Below, in pieces: positions 51,401 through 63,662 of a stretch of DNA of 64,000 nucleotides (positions are counted from its first letter, which is position 1; every line of letters starts with the position of its first letter). Both the position numbers and the translations under genes were made by a program. Below the pieces are notes generated by a model, which searched no databases, had not been told where the DNA came from, and saw nothing but the letters and a program-made list of their open reading frames with translations. The stretch comes from Octopus bimaculoides (taxonomy: Eukaryota), in contig NC_068993.1 in assembly GCF_001194135.2 (NCBI RefSeq), positions 9,520,181 to 9,584,180 on the forward strand, written 5' to 3'.

Positions 51401-53459
51401 CACATACACACACCACAGGGATATTCATATAATACCTAAGTGAGTTTCTTTCTTTGAGTTAGGATGTGAATATGGAGATCACAGTCCCAAGTGTAAAAAC
51501 CTTCCTGCTTACCAATGTTATGAACACTACAACAGAGCGATCTGCTGTGAAGCATGCAAAATTCACAAGAAGAAATTGAACAGTGCAATCCAAAGTAAGT
51601 TAACTTGGCTTGTTTCTACTACTATTATTATTATTATTATTATTATTATTATCATCATTATTATTCAGTAGTCTTGTTTTTATAACGTGCTTTCACTGCA
51701 CTACTGAGCGCAGCTCTGTGTGCTTTGGGTATGTGCTGTGGTTTGTTGTAATGCTCATATATGTACTGTATTGAAAGTGTTTTACATAGGATGTGCGCAG
51801 TGCCCATAAGTGCTATTTTCTGAATGTTATATATATTTGTTAGTTCCGGTGTTTTTGTTATGTATTTGTCTGAATATTTTTTTATCATACCTAAGGCACC
51901 TACTATGATAGGAATTGTTACTGTTTTTAGACACCACATTCGAGTTACCTCTATTTCCAGGTCTTTGTATTTTGAAAATTTCTCCATTTCTTTTAGAGAA
52001 ACGTTGTCATCTGTTGGTATTGATACATCAATTAGAAAGCATTTTTTTTTCTTCATGATCTCTGACAACTATATCTGGCCTATTGGCCTTAATTATTATT
52101 ATTATTATTTTGATGTAAACTCTCAGCTTTTTTTGCTGGGTATGGTGGAAAGCCAGCAGATTAAAGTGACACTTATTTACTGATCATGCTTCAAAAACTC
52201 TTGCAGTTCCAAACAATGAGTTTTTTAATAATAATAAAGCAGTGAGCTGACAGTCATTAGCATGCTGGACGAAATGCTTAGTAGTATTTCACCAGTTGCT
52301 ACATTCGGGGTTCAAATTCCGCCGAGGTCGACTTTGCTTTTCATCCTTTCGGGGTCAATTAAATAAGTACCAGTTATGCACTGGGGTCAATGTAATCGAC
52401 TTAAGCCCTTCCCCCAAATTTGAGGCCTTGTTCCTTCAGTAGAAGGGATTATTATTATTATTATTATTTCATTTATGAACAACAGATTAACATTGGACTA
52501 CAGCAAGTAACCTTAGATGCCAAGTACCTTCCTAAATATCCTAGCTAATATGCTTGATCCTGACTGATCTGGGCTAAACTGCTTGATCCAAGCTCACCTG
52601 GAGTTAATTAAAACTCAATAACAGCTATAGCTAGTTGCAATAGTTTATTGTAATTAAATACTTGCCTCAACTACAATTGATGTTGTATATTTCTTTTTTA
52701 GCACCAGGTTGTGAATTTGGTGATATGTCACCTCGCTGTAAATACATTAAGCCTGCCACATGTTACCAACGAGACATTGAAAGGATCTGTTGCGAAACTT
52801 GTCCCAAGTTCAAAAATGAAAACAACAAAGGTCTGTTGAACAAGATTTTCCACTTTGCCATATTTGGCATTTATATACCGGGACACAAATAGGGTTTAAA
52901 ATTTACAACAGCTGCTCTGGTAGAATTTTATTGATGCATTCATAGATTAAATCATAGCATATATACTACAATCTTCAGGTAAAATTTTAAACAGGTGAGA
53001 TAATACCTTGATGATGACAATTTATCCAGCATTTTTGGGGGTAAGTATCCAAAAGATGTTGGTTGGATTCATAATCATCAAGGTATTTATTCTCTCACCT
53101 GTTTGTACCTGTTTAGAAATTTGCCTGAAGATGGTGGATTGTATGCTATGATGTAATTTATGAATACATCTTCATGAAGGGAGTCAGACTTTTGGTAATA
53201 TCTCAAGTGTGATTGTTTACTGGCTGCATACTCAAAACTTACTGCACATTCCATCTGCAAATTATGAATATTTAGATTATTATATAAATCCAAGCTTCCT
53301 GAAACAGCTGTCAAGTTAAGTATTCTTTGTGTTCTGTATTTTTTATGCTCTATGTAAATATATACGAATATATGTGTGTATATATGCATATATATTATAT
53401 ATAAATATGTATATATGTATACAAACATACATATATATATATTATATATATATATATAT

Positions 53460-53493
<34 letters not shown>

Positions 53494-55175
53494 GCATATA
53501 TATTATATATGTATATATACATGTATATATGTATACATACTTATATATATGCATATATATTATATATGTATGTATACATACGTATATATATATANNNNNN
53601 NNNNNNNNNNNNNNNNNNNNNNNNNNNNNNNNNNNNNNNNNNNNNNNNNNNNNNNNNNNNNNNNNNNNNNNNNNNNNNNNNNNNNNNNNNNNNNNNNNNN
53701 NNNNNNNNNNNNNNNNNNNNNNNNNNNNNNNNNNNNNNNNNNNNNNNNNNNNNNNNNNNNNNNNNNNNNNNNNNNNNNNNNNNNNNNNNNNNNNNNNNNN
53801 NNNNNNNNNNNNNNNNNNNNNNNNNNNNNNNNNNNNNNNNNNNNNNNNNNNNNNNNNNNNNNNNNNNNNNNNNNNNNNNNNNNNNNNNNNNNNNNNNNNN
53901 NNNNNNNNNNNNNNNNNNNNNNNNNNNNNNNNNNNNNNNNNNNNNNNNNNNNNNNNNNNNNNNNNNNNNNNNNNNNNNNNNNNNNNNNNNNNNNNNNNNN
54001 NNNNNNNNNNNNNNNNNNNNNNNNNNNNNNNNNNNNNNNNNNNNNNNNNNATTTGAGCCTTCTAACCTGCTAAATAGATTAATATTTATTTCAGAGGATA
54101 GATATAGAAGAAAACAAGAGACATGAAATACAATAAATGCTTTGTACAATATATATATATAATGATAAAATAAATATTTCCATTTTGGTATGTTTCTTAT
54201 TCAATATTACCTAAATTCTAAATTAAGGTGACGAGCTGGCAGAAATGTTAGCACGCCGGGTGAAATGCTTAGCGGTATTTTGTCTGTCTTTACATTCCGA
54301 GTTCAAATTCCGCTGCGGTCGACTTTGCCTTTCATCCTTTCAGGGTCAATAAATTAAGTACCCGTTGTGTACTGAGGTCGATCTTATCGACTGGCACCCT
54401 CCCCCAAAAATTTTGTGCCTTGTGCCTAGAGTAGAAAAAAATATTACCTAAATTCTAACATTTCTGGTGTGTGTGCACACGTGCGCGTGCGTGTGTGTGA
54501 GTGTGTTTGAGTGTGTGCGCACATGTATGTGTGTGTATAGAAACACACACACGGTGTTCACACTAAATTTGACCGTTTACATAAAAGGGAAATAAAACAC
54601 AATATTCCATCCAAAAACAAAAGCATTTTAGAAATGGCCACAGCTTTGAATCTGAAACAATTTAAAGATTAAAGATTTAGATTATGGCTGGGAGACAACC
54701 GATTACTCAAAGGAGCTGTGTCTAGCTTCCACCACAGCCTCAACACCAAATCACTCTGCAAAAATGTTCTGGTCTTTTAGCCTTGGTGTCAACAAGTGGA
54801 CACCCTTTCTAACACCAACTACTTTGCAGAATGTAGAGGGTTTTTTAAGCATGGTTTCTACAGCTGGATGCCCTCTCTAACACCAACCACCTTACAGTGT
54901 GTATTGGGAATTGTGAAAATGTAAGAAGAGTTATTGTAGTAATAAATAACATTGGAAGTTTGACCTTATAGTGTTTCATTTGAGGGCGTGGTGCAATGTA
55001 GAGGCAGCATTGTGGGGTGTGATGGTTCCAAGTTAATGTATTTGTCTGCATGTCTGGTAACAGGAGATCAAAACTTAGAAATGCATGTGTCTTTTGACTC
55101 TCAAACATGCAGTCAGAGAAAGGATACTGTTATAAATACATAAACTCACATAATTATACCTACATACATATACTC

Positions 55176-55213
<38 letters not shown>

Positions 55214-55309
55214 AACATTCGCACATTCATACAAACATAGATGCAAATACACCCTCCTCCTCACAAACACATATGTATATATGCATAATAGTATATGTAG
55301 GTATATGTA

Positions 55310-55340
<31 letters not shown>

Positions 55341-56259
55341 NNNNNNNNNNNNNNNNNNNNNNNNNNNNNNNNNNNNNNNNNNNNNNNNNNNNNNNNNNNN
55401 NNNNNNNNNNNNNNNNNNNNNNNNNNNNNNNNNNNNNNNNNNNNNNNNNNNNNNNNNNNNNNNNNNNNNNNNNNNNNNNNNNNNNNNNNNNNNNNNNNNN
55501 NNNNNNNNNNNNNNNNNNNNNNNNNNNNNNNNNNNNNNNNNNNNNNNNNNNNNNNNNNNNNNNNNNNNNNNNNNNNNNNNNNNNNNNNNNNNNNNNNNNN
55601 NNNNNNNNNNNNNNNNNNNNNNNNNNNNNNNNNNNNNNNNNNNNNNNNNNNNNNNNNNNNNNNNNNNNNNNNNNNNNNNNNNNNNNNNNNNNNNNNNNNN
55701 NNNNNNNNNNNNNNNNNNNNNNNNNNNNNNNNNNNNNNNNNNNNNNNNNNNNNNNNNNNNNNNNNNNNNNNNNNNNNNNNNNNNNNNNNNNNNNNNNNNN
55801 NNNNNNNNNNNNNNNNNNNNNNNNNNNNNNNNNNNNNNNNNNNNNNNNNNNNNNNNNNNNNNNNNNNNNNNNNNNNNNNNNNNNNNNNNNNNNNNNNNNN
55901 NNNNNNNNNNNNNNNNNNNNNNNNNNNNNNNNNNNNNNNNNNNNNNNNNNNNNNNNNNNNNNNNNNNNNNNNNNNNNNNNNNNNNNNNNNNNNNNNNNNN
56001 NNNNNNNNNNNNNNNNNNNNNNNNNNNNNNNNNNNNNNNNNNNNNNNNNNNNNNNNNNNNNNNNNNNNNNNNNNNNNNNNNNNNNNNNNNNNNNNNNNNN
56101 NNNNNNNNNNNNNNNNNNNNNNNNNNNNNNNNNNNNNNNNNNNNNNNNNNNNNNNNNNNNNNNNNNNNNNNNNNNNNNNNNNNNNNNNNNNNNNNNNNNN
56201 NNNNNNNNNNNNNNNNNTATATGTATATATATAAATACATATATGTGTGTGTGTATGTG

Positions 56260-56291
<32 letters not shown>

Positions 56292-56779
56292 GTATGCGTG
56301 AGCATATGTTGTTACCAAATAAAGAATGCTCAATATATGTAATAAATACATGTTTTTGTCTTTTACTCTTTGGAGCTGACTCTTGTTCCATTGAAATGCC
56401 ATCTGAGGACTGTCTGTTATGGCTACATTGGAACAATAGTCAACACCAATAAAAGAATACACATACAGACACACACACACATATGCATACACACACACAC
56501 ATAGATATATATACATGTACACATTCATGCATATGTATGTGTGCGTATGTATATATATATATATATATGCATAAACATATATATACAGACACACATATGC
56601 CTATAGATATATATACATATACATCACACATATATACATACATATGCCTATAGATATACATACATATACACACACATGTATACATATATATATATATGGA
56701 TGTATTTAGGTATACATAAACATATATGTATATATATGTATGTGTGTGAGTTTGTGTGTGTGGACATATGTAATGCGTA

Positions 56780-56837
<58 letters not shown>

Positions 56838-58726
56838 TAGAGTTGTATACATGTATGTACATGTATGTATGAATGGGTGTATGTATGTATGTTATGTATG
56901 AATGTAATGTGCTAATGTTCTCAAAGTGTCTCTAATACCAAACCTATCACTTTCATTATTGTGACACCCCAAATGTCCACATGGGTGGCTCTAAAAGTGA
57001 CATTTCCATTAGTCACCATTTCCTCCTTTTCCACTTCAACACACTCATATTTATTCCTTCTGTCAGTTACCAATTCTCTTTTGGCCATCAGTCTTACTAT
57101 GTTTATTCCAATATGTTTGTTCCTAGAAAATGAAGAAATTGAAGTCAAAATACACAGTAAAGCACACACGCACATATATATATATATATACCCCGCCCCT
57201 ACACACACACACACACACATAAGAAATTATGATACACACAAAATGCAGTCTGTATCATTTGTTCCCTACATATGTTTCACCATTGTGGTTATTTGCAGCC
57301 TCTACATTGGATGTTCTGAATGCAATTGGTTGCTGAAATACAGCAGATCAACAGAAGAATGTTTTATTGCATTATGTTACACATACATACGTACACACAC
57401 ACATACATACATATATGCATACGCACACAGACATACACACATACATACATTCATACATAAATACGGTCTGGGAATCGAAACCTCAATCCTACAACCATGA
57501 TTGCGCTGCCCTAACCACTGGGCTATTGCGCCTCCACCTTCTGCACTTATACTAATGATTCTCAGCCGTTTTTTTCCTATGGACTCCTTTGATTCCTATT
57601 TCACTCAGATGGACTTCCATAGCCACTCGATGTTTAAAAAGTTCCTATTGTATTTTTAGGATTAAATATCATTAAGAATTGTCCAAATAATTGTTAAAAT
57701 ATTTTGTGTATTGTACAAGTATAACGAAAATTTTAACAACAGAATCTCCAAGGGTCATATAAACTCTGCTTGAGAACCATTGACCTAATCTATTTTCTCC
57801 AATCACCTTTTTCCTGTACCTTCAGTTATCTCTCTTCTTGGCCATCCTCCATTTCACACTTCACAAATCTTACTACCTTTCTCTGCATCCTCTCATATCC
57901 ACCATCATACCCTCTCATTATAACCGCTGTCACATCCCCTACATCCCCCTCTTCAACCCTAACCCTAACCCTAACCCTAACCTTACACATCATCCCTTGC
58001 ATATAATCTACAATTGCACAAAACCCAATATTTCACACCTTGCACCTATGTTAGAAACTATCGTTTATCATATGAGATAACACTTTATGTAATCTGTTTA
58101 CTATCATTTTGATGTATCCTTTGCAGCATGTCCTTATGGCGACCAAAGCAGCTACTTGTGTAAAGCAGTCTTACTTGATATAGCACGTTGTTACTCACAC
58201 CAAACAGAGACCATTTGCTGTGACACCTGCAGCAAAGTGAAGAAAACGGAACCTGGTAAGTTATTTATTACTAGCTGACCACATAATAATCACACATACA
58301 AACATTCCCATATTTCCCTTGTACATACAACCCACATATACATCCAAGACTTTGCAGCATAGCAAAACAGACAGGTACAATATGTACTGGGGCCATAAGG
58401 CTGATTTGTTCTACTAAACCCTTCAAAGCAATACCCCAGCATGGCCGCAGTCCAATGGGTGACGCTAATAAAATATAAGAGATAAATAATAAAACCAAAC
58501 ACAAATGACAAAATCAGATAATTTTTTTTCTGGAATTTTTTTTTTTAAATAGTAAAAACAAATTATCTCCCTTTGTTTTACAGGTTGTGCTTATGGCGAC
58601 CATGCTGTAGTCTTCAACAGTCCATATGGAAGTTTGAACTGCGAACAGTTCATCCGTGTCTATACGAACAAGGAATGCAACAACCCAGTCATCAAATCTC
58701 GTTGCTGTGCCACTTGTGGACCCTAA
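45072..58726 (+). CDS. Uncharacterised, probably secreted protein: Ser/Thr linker, nine ~11-aa (Q/R)YP repeats, five 6-Cys PLAC/ShK-like modules; 5' exon(s) not found
   Basis: Phase-consistent GT-AG join of 45072-45133, 47967-48077, 48988-49437, 50799-50952, 51463-51594, 52702-52830, 58127-58255, 58584-58726 (TAA). Modules follow C-x8-17-C-x7-11-C-x8-9-CC-x2-C; four of the five start CxxGD. Further exons could be hidden in N gaps. Confidence 0.85.
46844..47330 (+). repeat. (GGT/GAT)n low-complexity tract with an internal ~55-bp duplication
   Basis: GGTATGATATTTGCTG(G/A)TGGGATG at about 47079 and 47235. Confidence 0.85.
47967..48077 (+). CDS. Cys-module gene exon ([10 protein letters not shown]...YWPNQRNK)
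   Basis: ttttgcag acceptor, gtgaga donor, phase 0-0. Confidence 0.7.
48250..48505 (+). mobile_element. Repeat family D with (GAT)n tail (SINE or LINE 3' end)
   Basis: GGCACGTAAAAGCACCCAC...CCCATGCTAGCATGGAAAGCGGACGTTAAACGATGATGAT. Other copies at about 2522-2715(-), 4080-4262, 44600-44848, 50105-50455, 61060-61260. Confidence 0.8.
48988..49437 (+). CDS. Cys-module gene repeat exon (150 aa, 33-bp unit)
   Basis: ttttatag acceptor, gtaagt donor; open only in the AFITG...QYPSRIP...SVSD frame with matching phases. Confidence 0.85.
50799..50952 (+). CDS. 6-Cys module 1 (ICPQ...KSCCEKC)
   Basis: ctctgtag acceptor, gtaaga donor, phase 0-1. Confidence 0.88.
51463..51594 (+). CDS. 6-Cys module 2 (CEYGD...ICCEAC)
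   Basis: phase 1-1, gtaagt donor. Confidence 0.9.
51666..52093 (-). mobile_element. 5'-truncated R4/Dong-clade non-LTR retrotransposon (RLE domain plus 3' UTR)
   Basis: RPDIVV...CFLIDVSIP...[13 protein letters not shown]...IPIIVGALG...[12 protein letters not shown]; (TAA)n at both junctions. Confidence 0.9.
52702..52830 (+). CDS. 6-Cys module 3 (CEFGD...ICCETC)
   Basis: tttttag acceptor, phase 1-1; alternative in-frame acceptor possible 6 nt downstream. Confidence 0.9.
52933..53170. repeat. Old imperfect palindrome (MITE-like)
   Basis: GATGCATTCATAGATTAAATCATAGCATA...CTTCAGG mirrored at 53080-53170. Confidence 0.7.
54228..54440 (+). mobile_element. SINE family B (representative copy)
   Basis: GAGCTGGCAGAA...GAGTTCAAATTCCGC...CTTTCATCCTTT...GGCCTTGTGCC with an (ATT)n tail. 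Other copies at about 11270-11660(-), 21915-22110, 30932-31270(-), 37590-38030, 45680-46510(-), 52240-52460, 62755-62955(-). Confidence 0.85.
57553..57782 (+). mobile_element. hAT-type MITE
   Basis: AATGATTCTCAG / TTGAGAACCATTG ends; internal similarity to 43030-43215. Confidence 0.55.
58127..58255 (+). CDS. 6-Cys module 4 (CPYGD...ICCDTC)
   Basis: ctttgcag acceptor, gtaagt donor, phase 1-1. Confidence 0.9.
58584..58726 (+). CDS. 6-Cys module 5, terminal exon (CAYGD...RCCATCGP*)
   Basis: ttttacag acceptor, stop TAA at 58724-58726. Confidence 0.9.
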
Positions 58727-58965
58727 ATACATTGAACCTTTCCCGATCAATTGGCTACTGATGCTTATTCATTACAGGAGGATATATAACCCAATTTTAC
58801 TTACGTTTTTGCATTCACATCTGTCTATCTATCTATCTATCTATCTATCAGTCTGTTGCTTCCTCTCTCTATATCTCTTTCACTCACTCCCACTCACTTT
58901 ATCTCTCTTCTTCACACTGTTTTCTTAGTTTCACACTACATAGTACATTTGTTTCATGCTATATG

Positions 58966-59020
<55 letters not shown>

Positions 59021-60258
59021 NNNNNNNNNNNNNNNNNNNNNNNNNNNNNNNNNNNNNNNNNNNNNNNNNNNNNNNNNNNNNNNNNNNNNNNNNNNNNNNN
59101 NNNNNNNNNNNNNNNNNNNNNNNNNNNNNNNNNNNNNNNNNNNNNNNNNNNNNNNNNNNNNNNNNNNNNNNNNNNNNNNNNNNNNNNNNNNNNNNNNNNN
59201 NNNNNNNNNNNNNNNNNNNNNNNNNNNNNNNNNNNNNNNNNNNNNNNNNNNNNNNNNNNNNNNNNNNNNNNNNNNNNNNNNNNNNNNNNNNNNNNNNNNN
59301 NNNNNNNNNNNNNNNNNNNNNNNNNNNNNNNNNNNNNNNNNNNNNNNNNNNNNNNNNNNNNNNNNNNNNNNNNNNNNNNNNNNNNNNNNNNNNNNNNNNN
59401 NNNNNNNNNNNNNNNNNNNNNNNNNNNNNNNNNNNNNNNNNNNNNNNNNNNNNNNNNNNNNNNNNNNNNNNNNNNNNNNNNNNNNNNNNNNNNNNNNNNN
59501 NNNNNNNNNNNNNNNNNNNNNNNNNNNNNNNNNNNNNNNNNNNNNNNNNNNNNNNNNNNNNNNNNCATTTATATATATATATTAACACATATCTATATAT
59601 ATACATATATTTCTACACACACACATGCATATATATATGTATGTATCCCCATAACACATATACCTATATCTCTCCCTTTCCTCTTTCTATGTCTTAAGTT
59701 TCCACAAAATCTCTCCTATTTCTTTCCTTCACAATATCTCCTTTTCTTCTAGAGAACTGTCTTCCAGAGCATTTAAATTAAAAAAAAGACACCCAAATTA
59801 ACCCAATTATTCACATCATTATCTACGAATCCATATCAGGATGAACATTTGTTCTTTTCCATGCACACAAAGATTTACAAAATCAATAATATTCTTTAGA
59901 ACAGAACACATACCGGACATATTCCATGTACAATAATTAGTTGGATACAATCATTAAAATTAGAAGATGCTAATGGTGATCTTTATCAGCCAACAGTCAG
60001 CAGTATAAGCAGCAATTGTATGACGTATGTTTTTGTATATCATATTTACTGTGGGGAGAGGAACACTCTGATGTTTTAGGCTCTGATAACGTTAGCTATT
60101 TGAGTTTGATGAGTTGCCTATACTGCTAAGCGCTTTATAGGTGTGAAACCAATGGCGACTCTATGACCTGGCATAACATTTAACTTCTTAAAAAATATAT
60201 TACTGCTTTAATGGTTTGGGGTATGCTTCTTCTTCAGATATATGAACTACTGACGAGA

Positions 60259-60297
<39 letters not shown>

Positions 60298-62982
60298 GTG
60301 TGTATGAAGTGAGAGAGATTAATACAGGTATGTGTATAGATGTGTACCGAGGTTAGTAGAGACACCAATAGTTATATGGTGATTAGCATATTACACTGCT
60401 TGACTCAATCTGATTTGCTGAAAACAAAACAACTTCTGTTTCACAGGTAAAATGCTTGTTGATTTGACAACATGGACATCCTTGATTCGAACCTAGTTGC
60501 AGCAATTGTGTTGTGCTACCATTAAGCAAGGGATTCAACTCTGCTTGTTAAGTGGAACGTTTACTTCACGTTTAAGGTAGTTGTTACCTGGGCTGCATGT
60601 CGTACTTATTCTACTTGCTGCTGTTCATTATAGGAGAAAAGTAAGAGTGATTACCTCTTCATGGTTCAGAGATTACTTTTAGAAAAAAAAGAAAAAAATA
60701 TATAAAACAAAGCAAAAAAAAACAACCTATAGCATCTGACTGACATTATATGCACTAACAATCTATATTAAAATATCTTAATTTCAGAAAACTCTTATCC
60801 ATGAGAATAAAAGCAAATTGTAAAACAATTTATGATAAATAAATGATTAAATTAATTAAAATTTTCCATTCAGATATTGAATTGTATTTTCAGGTTTGTA
60901 ATATCAAAATTAATATTATTTACAGAATGAAGATCAGTGAGAAATAGCAATATCCACATATTTACAGAATATTTTCTTTAAAGTTGGTAAATGGTTGCAG
61001 GAAATTACGAATAAATTACAAAATTTAATATATGCATGTATGATACCAGTGCCACATAAAAAGCAGCTGCCCTGGGGTCGTGTCAAAAGCACCCATGCCA
61101 GTGTCATGCATAAACCAACCGAGTTGGTGCCATGTAAAAAGTACCCAGTACACTCTGTAAAACAGTTGGCATTAAGAAGGATGTCCAGCCATAGAAACAA
61201 TGCCAAGACAGAAACTTGGAGCCTGGTGCAGCCCTCCAACTGGCCAGCTCCTGTGAAACTTGCAAATAAGCATTGGTAGATTTTACAGGAAAGAATATAT
61301 ATGAATGTTTATGGGTGTTCACAGTTATCCACTCCCAGCTTGTTGTCTCTCTGCATTACAGACCAATCATTTTGGATAACATTGATACCATGAAGATAAT
61401 GGTAATAAATGCCAGTTTTGGCATGCATATGCTAATTCTTATATGCCAGTTTTGGCATATTAAGAACTGAACATTTAAAAATTTAAGTATGTCAGGAATC
61501 AGGAAATAGTTACAGAAAGAAGACAAATGAATAATTACTAAAAGAAGCAAAAAAATTTTTAAATATATAAATTTGGTGATTCCTAACTGAAGCCTAAGTC
61601 CTCTTATAAAATATGGAGTGGCTGTGTGGTAAGTAGCTTGCTTACCAACCACATGGTTCCCAGTTCAGTCCCACTGCATGGCACCTTGGGCAAGTGTTTT
61701 CTACTATAGCTTCAGGCCAAACAAAGCCTTGTGAGTGGATTTGGTAGACGGAAACTGAAAGAAGCCCGTCGTGTGTGTGTNNNNNNNNNNCCCACCATCA
61801 TTTGACAACCAATGCTGGTGTGTTTACATCCCTGTAACTTAGTGGTTCGGCAATAGGGACAAATTAAATAAGCACTAGGCTTACAAAGAATGAGTCCTGA
61901 GGTCGATTTTTTCGACTAAAGGCGGTGGTCCAGCATGGCTGCAGTCAAATGACTGAAACCAGTAAAAGAGTTCCATGCATTTCTATCACTGCATTTGGTT
62001 GTATGAGTTTGATTTATTTTGGTTTTGTAACAATGGGCAGCTTTTCAAAATTAAGTTTGTGTGTGAGTGTGCATGTGTGCGTGTGTTTGCATGTGTGTGT
62101 GTGTATGTGCATGTGTGTGTGTGTGTGTGAAACATGAACCGTTTTAAGACAAGACAAATATTCAACACTGCAGAGGATGCCATGTGACCAAGAAGCATCT
62201 TATTTGGTGGAGGATGGTGGGAGAATGAGTGAGAGAGATATGAGGGAGAGAGAGAGAGAGAGATAAGAGAAGCAGAGGAGAGAGGGAAAGGGAAAGAAAG
62301 AGGAAAAAGGTGAGAAAGAGAGGGAGGGAGCATGAGAGAGGGGAGAAAGAGAGAAAGGGGGACAGAGAGGAGAAAGAGGAATATAGGAAGAGAGAAGGAA
62401 AGGAGAGAAAGTGAGAAAGAGAGAAAAGGCAGAGAGAGAGAGAGAGAGAGGGAGGGAGACAGAAATAATAAAGGAAGAGGGAGAAAAAGAAGGAAAAGGA
62501 GATAAAGGGAAAGGGAGAAAGAGAAAGATGAAAAGAGAGTGGGGAGATAAAGGAAGAGGGAGGGGGAGAGAAAGAGAGAGGACAAGAAAGAAGATTGAAG
62601 GCAGCGGTGGATTAGGTTACGCAGTAATAATGGAGAAAATAATGAGAGAAACTATGGACATTTTGCATCGGTAGTTTGAGAGAAAGCTGGCATTTAGAGT
62701 GGGCATAAAGGTCAGCGTGTGAGGAAGGAGTGGTGTAAAGTAGCAATGATAATCCTTTCCACTAATGGCACAAGGCCTGAAATTTGGGGGAAGAGGGCCA
62801 GGCGATTAGATCGACCCCAGTATGCAACTGGTACTTAGTTTATCAAAGGATGAAAGGCAAAGTCGACCTCAGCAGAATTTGAACTCAGAACGTAGTGATG
62901 AGCGAAACACCATTAAGCACTTCATCAAGCGTGCTAACGATTTTGCCAGCTAAATAATAATAAAGACTAATAATAATAATAA

Positions 62983-63235
62983 GAAGAAGGAATATATTCA
63001 CAGACACGACAGAGCTGGGACCTATATACACTGGAAGCTATGCCAACACTATGGAATAACAACAGAAAAAAGATGGTATAAACACACGCCAGAAAAGGTC
63101 ACAGAAAACGAGAAAGCAACCATACTCTGGGATATGCCAATACACACAGATAGAGAAATTAAGGCCAATAGACCAGATATAGTTGTCAAAGATCATGAAG
63201 AAAAAAAAATGCTTTCTAATTGATGTATCAATACC
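62983..63235 (+). mobile_element. R4/Dong-clade LINE fragment (post-zinc-knuckle and RLE region)
   Basis: YIHRHDRAGTYIHWKLC...[37 protein letters not shown]; nearly identical to the 51666-52093 copy where they overlap. Confidence 0.9.
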
Positions 63236-63662
63236 NNNNNNNNNNNNNNNNNNNNNNNNNNNNNNNNNNNNNNNNNNNNNNNNNNNNNNNNNNNNNNNNN
63301 NNNNNNNNNNNNNNNNNNNNNNNNNNNNNNNNNNNNNNNNNNNNNNNNNNNNNNNNNNNNNNNNNNNNNNNNNNNNNNNNNNNNNNNNNNNNNNNNNNNN
63401 NNNNNNNNNNNNNNNNNNNNNNNNNNNNNNNNNNNNNNNNNNNNNNNNNNNNNNNNNNNNNNNNNNNNNNNNNNNNNNNNNNNNNNNNNNNNNNNNNNNN
63501 NNNNNNNNNNNNNNNNNNNNNNNNNNNNNNNNNNNNNNNNNNNNNNNNNNNNNNNNNNNNNNNNNNNNNNNNNNNNNNNNNNNNNNNNNNNNNNNNNNNN
63601 NNNNNNNNNNNNNNNNNNNNNNNNNNNNNNNNNNNNNNNNNNNNNNNNNNNNNNNNNNNNNN

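Noticed and set aside
60448-60540. Possible sixth module exon (…QLCCAT…)
   Set aside because: In-frame stop and the other Cys residues and the GD motif are missing.
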